From the human T2T-CHM13v2.0 reference genome, Homo sapiens: 64,000 bases of DNA. Within the stretch, counting starts at the first letter, position 1; the number at the start of each line of letters is the position of its first letter. A program made the translations under genes and the position numbers. The notes below the pieces were generated by a model that worked only from the letters and a program-made list of their open reading frames with translations, was not told the origin of the DNA and did no database searches. The stretch is from NCBI RefSeq assembly GCF_009914755.1, contig NC_060931.1. One strand, given 5' to 3'. Positions 54,538 to 64,000 of this stretch are shown here, piece after piece.

Positions 54538-57029
54538 TTCTTCCAGAGTCTGAATGGTATTTAGTGTATCAAATACGTGGGTTGGTTGGTTGGTTTGTTT
54601 GTTTTTCTGTCTCACTCTTGAGGTATATGACTCTAAACAGAAAATATTAGCTGTTGGGGAAGTAAATCCAATGGGACATATTTCCTATAAAGTAGCAACT
54701 ATAGTTAATTAGAGAGTTACACATAGCTGTTGGGAGAGCTATGACAAATATTCAAGTATCCTACTTGGTTAGAAATAATCTTGCAGAAATTACCTTTAAA
54801 TTAAGTCTGCATAATACAATGTAATTAATAAAGGGTTCTTATACTCTATTTATTTATTTATTTTGGTTCTTGTAAAAAATGGTTAGGTAGTGAGACATAT
54901 ATTATCATTAGCCTTATTTTATAGAAGAGAAAGAATCATGACGCTAAGTAACTTATCCAAGGTGATTCCAAAATAATCTTTAGAGCATGAACTTGGATTC
55001 TCCTCTCTCATATCAGGCACAATAGGGTCAATTTCAATGAATGAATAAATGAATAATGTGACAGCACTTTGAATTTACTACACATCTTTTCTAAATTCTT
55101 GAAAAGCTATTGTAGTGTCATTCATTCCTTGATTCACTTGTAGATATTGATTGGTTTTCTGGTCTTTGTGGCCTCGTTTAGATGCTGTTTGCACAGAGAT
55201 CAGTCCCCGTTTGATTGTAGTTAATGAAAGGCAGTGGGCTGTAGCATCATATTAATTGTCAGCTATGACTCATTTAAGATCAACATACCAGAAAAATTGA
55301 TATTTTTGCTATGCGAACTAAGATCTTGTTTGAGTTATTTAAAATATATAACCATTTCAGATGTTATGATACTTTGACTTTGACCAAAGATAATGTACTT
55401 AGTAGAAAATATTGTCTAAATAATTTTTCTGTAATGATGATTAAGTACACTGATTTTCCCATGTTCTCTCATCAGTAGCTTATGAGAGGGTTGTCCCAGT
55501 GATTGGCTTGCTGCAGAATGAAGTCAGTGAGCTCATTTATGAAGGTGTAAAAAAAAATGCAAACACATTGTGTTAAACTGGCTGGAACTTGTTCAAATAT
55601 CAAAGATTTCTCAAGGACTGTCATCTTGGAGAGAAGGATCAATTAGTTATTTCTCAGGTGTTACAACCCACTGAAAATTTGGAACTGCTTAGGGGTCTTG
55701 CTTAGTGTTTTCAGATCAGGAAGGGGAGCAGCAGCAACAAACCTGCTACTGAGATCCAGGGAGCAGATTCACATTCTATCAATTCTACAACTCCAGAACA
55801 AGTGTTGCATAGATGAGGTTCATTGCTAAAGATGCACAAATCAAGTTTTAAGGCAGGTATGAATTAGCTTGATAGAGTTCTGCTTTGCCAATCAACTTCA
55901 AAGACTTGAAGAATGAAGTCCAAATTAATTAATACGTTTTTCTTCTTTAATGTACAATATATTGCCCTTCCAAGTTCACCTTGAATTGATGAAAATTGAG
56001 AATTCTCAATAATAAGTTATAAAGGTTTACTGAGCCACTGTTACTTACCTTTGTGTACATGTAAGAATAAAATCTTAAGAATCAAGAATTAAGAAGCAAA
56101 AGTGTATGCTTTTCACAATTGAATTAAAATTATTTGGGCCTAGAGCCAAGACATTTTCTTAGACTTGTTTTAAGTGCCTTAACCACCTGGAATTCTTTTT
56201 AAAGTACTTTCTAATTCATCTTTTTGAAATGATGGCTTTGCCTTTTAATGAGAAATCTACATTTCTTTCTTAAATAGGAAACATAGTGTCCTTGGCTTAG
56301 TTCTCTAAAGACATAGAAGTACACTTTTATGTGTAGTGAAGACACAGCTTGTGGCAAATTTATTTCAGGCATGTCAGACTGAAATTCTGTTTCTACAACA
56401 AACAGGCTTCCCTTGAGTTTACTAAGCCATGCTCTTCAAGTAAATGAGATACTTTATGGATGTATAACCTGAATGTCCCTACCAAGGAGTTACCGTTTGA
56501 TTTATTATTCTAAGAAAACAATCTGAACACTAATCCCCACAGCTGCTAGAAGTCTTTGTCATCCCTCCCCCATATTCCTGAGAACACGGGGTCCTTGTAG
56601 TCATCATGGTTTCTCTATCTGGGCTCACCCTGGCTCATTTGTTCTTTCCTTCTACCTATTGCTAGAATCTGCTTGGTTTTATCCACATTACTCCTAAGGT
56701 GAACATACTCATCCCCCTTTTATTTTGCAAAGCACTATTACTAAAAATATTTGTTATATATAAAAGAACTTTACTGAAGTTTGAGGGGAACAGAGAGTTA
56801 TAGAACAAAACATGAAAAAATTTAAATTGGTGATCAGACCCTGTATTCATATTCAACCATCTGCTCCATAAGGAGTCCATTCCTAGCCATCTGTCCATAG
56901 TCTAGTCCTGAAACCAGGCTGCTAGAATCCAGGTTCTAACAATATTTTCCTAACCTCTTCTCTTTTCCTGAGTTCCAGCTTACTGACACTTGATCCCAGT
57001 GGCCTTCCAAGGTAAAGTATATTTTGCCT

Positions 57030-60000
57030 AGAGAATGTGGCTTTCCATGTAGCACAGGGTTACATATAAACTATTAAATCACATTTATTAACTATATTGT
57101 TTATATATTCTGTGACTTAACTAAATTTTGGGGTTTTTCTGATCCAAAATTTTCTGAGATAAGTAGGTTAAAATTCCTAAGCATGAATGTGGATTGCACA
57201 ATCTCTTCTACTAATTCTGTCAATTGTGCCTTGCATAATTTTAAACAATATTATAAAGATCATAGGTGTTTGTGGTTGAGATATCTCCTCATTGTTGATT
57301 TTTACTATCTGTGTGCCTTTCCTCTTATTAATATTTTGCCTTAAATTATTTTTTTCTGATATTAATATTGTAACATCCATTTTCTGTTGGGTAATACTTG
57401 TGAGATATAGTTTTTCCAACCATTCTGTGTAGTTGTTTTTTGTCTAATGCATTTTTCATGTAGAGTCTATAACTAGAATTTTAAAAATTATATGTTCTTT
57501 GTCTTTTCATAGGTGAATTAAATATGTTTATATTTACTTTGGTTACTAATATAGTTGGGCATATTTCAGTCAAATATTTTTGAGGTTTCCATTTATCACG
57601 TCTTTTTTTACTCCATTATTTTATTTTTTACATTTGGGTAGATTTCAAACATTCTTTGTTATCTACTTCTCTCTTTATTAAAAACCACAAACTTTATTTT
57701 TAGTCTTCAATGTGTATTCTTGCATTTTTAACACAGAGATCAAACTTTATAAGTCTGGGATAATTCTAAATTGATTCAGCATTTATATCCTCACAGAAAA
57801 CACACCAAACCAAAACAAGAAACTGTGTTTAAGAAAAAAAAACTACTGAAATACCCCAGGTATTTTTCTTTTTATAATCTACAATTTTAATTCCAACTGT
57901 TTTCAGGAATAGAAATTGAATGGTATATTGTTACAATCACAAAAATAAAGTGAGTATATTTATTTCCTCTCTAATATCCATACCAATACACTTAAGAGTG
58001 TATTTGAAAGCCTAAACAGTTAGGTCTGGGTCTTTATAAGAAAAAGGTAATTTAGCCCCTCAAGACACAGTTAGATGTCCAGTTATCCCAAATGTACTAC
58101 AATCGGCACATGACACTACTCACAGTGACTGACACTAAGGTTATTCAATCATAATAAAACTGAAGTTTATCACTCTTCTGCGATGTGTGAGAGTGAATCC
58201 ATGTAACACTTCTGGCATCCATCCTATGACTATAAAAGGTGTCACCCTTACAAAGAACCCATCTTTAGAATGAAGCCGACTTTGTGGATAGTAAAAATAA
58301 GAAATAAAGGGGAAATAGATATTTGCTTGGATCTGTTGTAAAGCCACTGGATCAACCTGCTCAGAAGATTCTATTTCTCAGAACTTTCCAGTTATTTGAC
58401 ACAGAGAATTCTCTTATTATTTCTGAAATAGTTTGACTCAGAAGTCTGTTACTTACAACATAACAGATGCAACAGTTAAATTTACCAATGTTTCTTACAT
58501 ATTTCTTAGTTCCGTCTGTTTCTTGTATTCTTCTTTGGAGTAACCATTTCTTCATGTTGAAATGGATCCTTCAAGACCTCTTTTATGAAGGGCATACAGG
58601 ACATAAATACTCTTATTTGTATTTTTTTCTGAAAAAAAAAATCATTATTTCACCCTCACACTTAAACAAGAGTTTGACTGAAGACTGGTTATTTTTCTTC
58701 ATTCTGAACATAACTGCTTTCTTCTGGCCAACATTGTTTCTGATGAAAAGTTTTCTGTTACTCCAGCTGTCATTGAATTGTGAGTACTTTTTCTTTTGTA
58801 ATTTTTAGGGTTTTTTCCTTTCACCTTTGTTATTCTGCAGTTTCACTGGGGTAAATTTAGATGTGTCTTTATTTTCTTAATTAGAGGCCATGTTTTCAAT
58901 CTGAAATACCCTCTTTTACTTTCTGTGCAATTTTCAACCATTATTTCTTCACATATTTGTTCTCCTGGATTCTCCCTATATTCTGTTTCTGGGAATTTAT
59001 TTAGACATATGTTCAAGTCTCAATCTATTATCATTCTTCCATATTTATACTTTTATGTTTTTGTATCCATCTCTTTATATCACTTTCTGGACAAATTCTT
59101 ATGTGCTATTTCTCATATGACAATTTCCTTCTTTGACTATGTTCTATGTCACTCTGCTGTCTAGTAGATATGAAGCATGTGTTCTTATTTAAACATATTT
59201 AAATTAATTATAATGAAGTGAAATTAAAACTTCAGTTGCTCAGTCCCAATGGCTACATTTCAATTGCACACTAGCCAGAAGTGGCTGATGACTACCATAT
59301 TAGACAGTGCAGATACAGAATCGTTCCATCATTGCAGAAAGTTCTGTTGGACAAGGCTAGAGGGTACTTTCTATTTGATTATTTAAATTTGATTACAAAA
59401 ATGTTTATATTTTATGTTTCTAGTTGGTTATTTTCCATATATATCTGGCTTTGACTGATTTCTTCCTCAGTTTTCTGAAAATGACTCATTTCTTTTATAG
59501 ATGTCATTTTTATCTCTGTAATGACTTTAAAAATATTTACCTTAAAGCTATTGTTTCAGAGCTATTATTTTCACATTGGTGAGATTATTAATTTTACTGC
59601 CTCCAGTGTTTAGTGTTGTTTTATTTTGTTTTTCAAGTGCTTTATAATATTCTCTTGGTGACTCATCTTGAGGCTTAATTCTATTTTGTTGTGTTTCTGT
59701 TTTCTTTCTCTTGTCCTCTCATTGTATTTTCTTCCACCTGCCCAATCTTCAGTTCTGCCAGGAATTTATAAGATTCTTGGCTCCTGTCCCATGGATACAC
59801 TAGGGATATCTCCTATCCATTCCTGGATCCAGCAATTCAGTTGGCAAACATGCTGATTGATCATCTGTCTGCATGCCTTCTGCCAGATTGAGTTCATAGG
59901 TCACAGCTACAGAGAATAATTATAGTTATGCTCAGAGTCTTTTATGGATGGAGAAAGTCCATTTCAGCCACAGATTTCATATTATGAACCTGGTTCTTTC

Positions 60001-60400
60001 CTCTCCCAATCATCTCTGGAGAGCTCTTGGGGCCCAGTTACTCTGGAAGGGCCAAACATCCAGCATCTTTTGCCTGTTACTGAATTTAATGCTAAACAGA
60101 TCTGAGGCTTTAGTGCCTGGTTTATAATTTCTGACCTACAATGATTTATTTTTCTTCTGGGTTTTCAACATAGCTATACCTCTTTAATTTTCCAAAAAAA
60201 AAATGTAGTGTTAATATCATTTGGGATGAATATATACATTTGTAAACTCAAGACCATCTTGATTGGAAGCCTAATGTTTCTCTTCTATTTTGAGAAATTT
60301 ATTATTTCTTTACTATAATCTTGTTCCTCATAGTTCTCTTCTCCTATTTGGAACTCTTTAATTTCTTGGGTTTAACATTTGGCTGTCATCCTTTATGCTT
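57030..60400 (-). mobile_element. Old L1M fragments (discontinuous)
   Basis: Antisense L1 ORF-region motifs (tttctgatattaatat, ttcataggtgaatt, ttatttcaccctcacactt, ttctgatgaaaagt, tctgcagtttcact, ccattatttcttca). Confidence 0.55.
59170..59361. mobile_element. MER3-like hAT fossil
   Basis: aaattaaaacttcagtt..ctaccatattagacagtgcagatacagaa..ttccatcattgcagaaagttctgttggaca. Confidence 0.85.
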
Positions 60401-60437
60401 TCATTTTTGCTTTTTTTGTTTTTATTAGGTCATACTC

Positions 60438-60813
60438 TGATGTGGTTTGGCTGTGTCCTCACCCAAATCTTATCTTGAATTGTAGTTCCCATAAACCCCA
60501 CGTGTCATGGGAGGGGCCGGGTGGGAGCTAATTGAATCATGGGGGCAGTTACTTCCATGATGTTCTCATGATAGTGCATGAGTTTTTACAAGATCTGATG
60601 GTTTTATCAGGGGCTTTTCCCCCTTTTGCTCGGCACTTCTCCTTGCTGCCACTGTGTCAAGCAGGATGTGTTTGCTTCCCTTTCCACAATGATTGTAAGT
60701 TTCCTGAGGCTTGCACAGCCATGCTGACCTGTGAGTCAATTAAACCTCTTTTCTTTATAAATTACCCAGTCTCGGGTATGTCTTTATTAGCAGCGTGAGA
60801 ATGGACTAATACA
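60438..60813 (+). mobile_element. THE1C-like solo LTR
   Basis: tgatgtggtttggctgtgtcc..gaattgtagttcccata..ggactaataca. Perfect 5-bp TSD tactc at 60433-60437 and 60814-60818. Confidence 0.95.
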
Positions 60814-61375
60814 TACTCTGTGGAAATTATTGAATCTTATTCCTTTTTAAAATGTTGGTGATTATAGAGAATCCATATATGTGATATATGTGACATATAT
60901 AATAAGTTTTTGTAAAAATTCTTCCTTGTCCTCTTCTTTTTCATTTATCATCCCATTGTTGTTTATAGAAACCATATATTTTTTAATATTTTAAAAAAGT
61001 TTTAATATGTATGTGTGTATATATATTTTTTTCTGGTTTTTTAATTATGTGTGTTTTATTTTCTCTGGTTTTATATCCAGTTGTCACTTTTCTTCATGCT
61101 ACTAGTTTTCCTCAAATGTTGGTGACGTTTGATAGTCTTTTCATATTTTAGAATGACTAAATAGTATTTTAAATAGCAGGCATGGGTGCCTTTGCTGTTA
61201 TGTAAATAGGTGTATTTTATTATAGCTCTGTCACTTAAGTAGGAAATGTAATATTGTCTTTGGCATGGGACATATCTCCTGGCAAGTTTTCTTTAAGGTA
61301 AATTGATGGAGAGTTGAATATTGTCTGAAAAAGCTCATAGTTTCACAACCAAATTCTGGGACACTTAGTGTAGGC

Positions 61376-62150
<775 letters not shown>

Positions 62151-63645
62151 TTTGGATTCTTTCTCTTCTACTCTGTTTTCACTTGCCTTTTGTAGTGATT
62201 AGACCTGAACCTGGAAATGCCTTTTGCTTTGAGAGAGCTATAAGGAAGTGTATATTTGACTAATTAGTGCTATCTCTAGGTTTTATATGAAATGAAAAAA
62301 AATTATAAAAATAGCCCATCTGGGCTAGAGTCAGTGGGCTACAAAAGCCAACAGAAATTTAGATTAAAAACCCAGCTTATGAATAAGAATTAAGCTTTTG
62401 ATGGAAAAGCCTATTCATCCTATTGGTTGGTAACTGGAAAAGGGAAGTCCATGACTTGCTAGGATGTGAATTTCACCAAGATGAAGCATCCCTAATTTGA
62501 GAGTCAGTCATCTTCAAAACAAACAAAACGGGAGGCAAAATACTATTTTGAAAAATATGAAATAAAAATTAGAACATTTTATATTGAAAAAAAGTGTTAC
62601 TTTAGAAAAACAAAACAGCTGGAAATTTCTCAGGCACCATTGACTATGAATTGAAGGTAGTTCTGTTTTTTCCAAACACTGGCTTGTCTTTTGTCAATGC
62701 ATTATTTTTACAAATTGCAAATACATCTGACACTGACACAGATGGAGTAAAGCAAATATACACTGAAATAATGCCTTTATCTTCAGGTAGAAAAATTTGC
62801 ATCTATTGTAGCAATTGAGATAAAACTATGCCTTCTATAAGGGTTTCTGCCATGTTCTAAGACAGTGATTTTGTGGGTCACAAAACATTTAAGAATATGA
62901 TCAAATTCATTTCTCTCAAAATATTGTAAACAAGTATGATTGGTAAAAATTTTTAGAGATATGTGGACTTCTTCAATCTCAGATACTAGGAAAAAAAGAC
63001 AGGCTTCAGTTTAAAAAGCACTGTAATAAGAAAAGTAGTGCATCAAGGAAGAAGTAAGAAAGCTATTACTAAGTGTTAAGTCAATGATAGACTCCTTTTA
63101 CATGAAGATGTAAACACATTTTTAGAGCACACAAAGGAATAGTAATAAAAAGCCTTGAAATGATTTTGGAATTATTCAGTTTCAGGTTTTTTAAATGTAT
63201 ACTGGATTTCTGAAAATTCCGATGCACCATTACATTTCATTAAGTGATGTAATTCATCAACATTTTCTGGCTTTACAAGACAAAATTTACTGTAATAACA
63301 ACAGATTGGATCTTTGATGAATATGTTGTTGGTCATTTTCCATATCATTTTTGACAGGGTATCAGAAGGATGTATTCTATATTGTATTTTGAAAGGTTAA
63401 ACTATGTTAGGGCTATGGAAATGGCAGAAAGATAAAATGACATGTATGAAGTCAGAATAAAGTGAGTGGAATAAAGTGAGCAAGGCATAAAACTAGGAAA
63501 CAAATTTAATTGTGATACTCCATCTGTACTCCAAATAATGCCTAATGACAGCAGGGTGCCCAGAGTTGGGAGGAAGATTCCATGAATAGGGCTTCATCCT
63601 AACAAACAAAATTTGCAATGAAAGATTGAACTTACTTTGTAATCA

Positions 63646-64000
63646 TTTTTAAAAAATTAATAGACTATTTTAAAAAACCTTTAGATTTACAGAAAAATTG
63701 AGCAGACTGTCAGTGACCATGTCTCCTTGCCCCCCCCCCCCAGTTTTCCTGTTGTTAACATCTAGCATTGGTTAGTACATTTCTTACAATAAATTAACCA
63801 ATATTGATAAGTTGTTGTTAATTGAAGTCGATAGTCTGTTTCACTCTTTGTGTTGTGCTGTTCTATGGGTTCCGACAAACACTTAATGTCATATTTCCAC
63901 CATAAAGTATCAAACAGAATATCCCCTACACTTCAACTAGGCCTTTGTACCCTCCTCCTCTGCTTCTGAAACTTTGGAAACCACTAATCTTATACAGTGT
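63646..64000 (-). mobile_element. L1MC-like 3' end, continuing past the window edge
   Basis: tttagatttacagaaaaattgagcaga..ttaacatct.gcatt..gtacattt.ttacaat..ttcactctttgtgttgt..gttctatgggtt. Confidence 0.8.

Noticed and set aside
55400-56000. Non-repeat-looking block with faint CR1-like similarity (also unassigned blocks at 23170-23600 and 48190-48660)
   Set aside because: Similarity is too weak to call by eye and needs an nhmmer/Dfam search.

Overview
AT-rich, non-coding primate DNA. It is almost certainly human, because it carries an AluYb-lineage insertion at 34562-34875. I find no supportable protein-coding gene, RNA gene or CRISPR array. The ORF track is explained by Alu, L1 and THE1 sequence or by chance. 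The one gene-derived feature is a full-length, intronless, disabled NUP35 (Nup53) processed pseudogene on the minus strand (9082-10662). It has a 14-bp target-site duplication (TSD) and sits inside an old L1M element. Much of the rest is interspersed repeat: Alus, L1PA/L1M fragments, MaLR LTRs (THE1A/C/D, MLT1), ERV1-type LTRs, DNA-transposon fossils (MER44, Tigger2a, Charlie, MER3, hAT), MIR, L2 and probable CR1. Subfamily names come from my recall of consensus sequences, and boundaries of old elements are approximate. I cannot support a new 'biological system' here. The most interesting signals are mutational footprints. (1) A THE1A LTR contains a 146-bp inverted copy of its own internal region with a repeated, aborted junction, suggesting iterative template switching. 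(2) An AluY has an 18-bp TSD whose two copies differ by three same-direction C/T changes. (3) Three Alu-family copies are truncated at the same 5' position. (4) Two very young Alus are present, one forming a close inverted pair. (5) Interlocked inverted repeats occur at 32465 and 37595.
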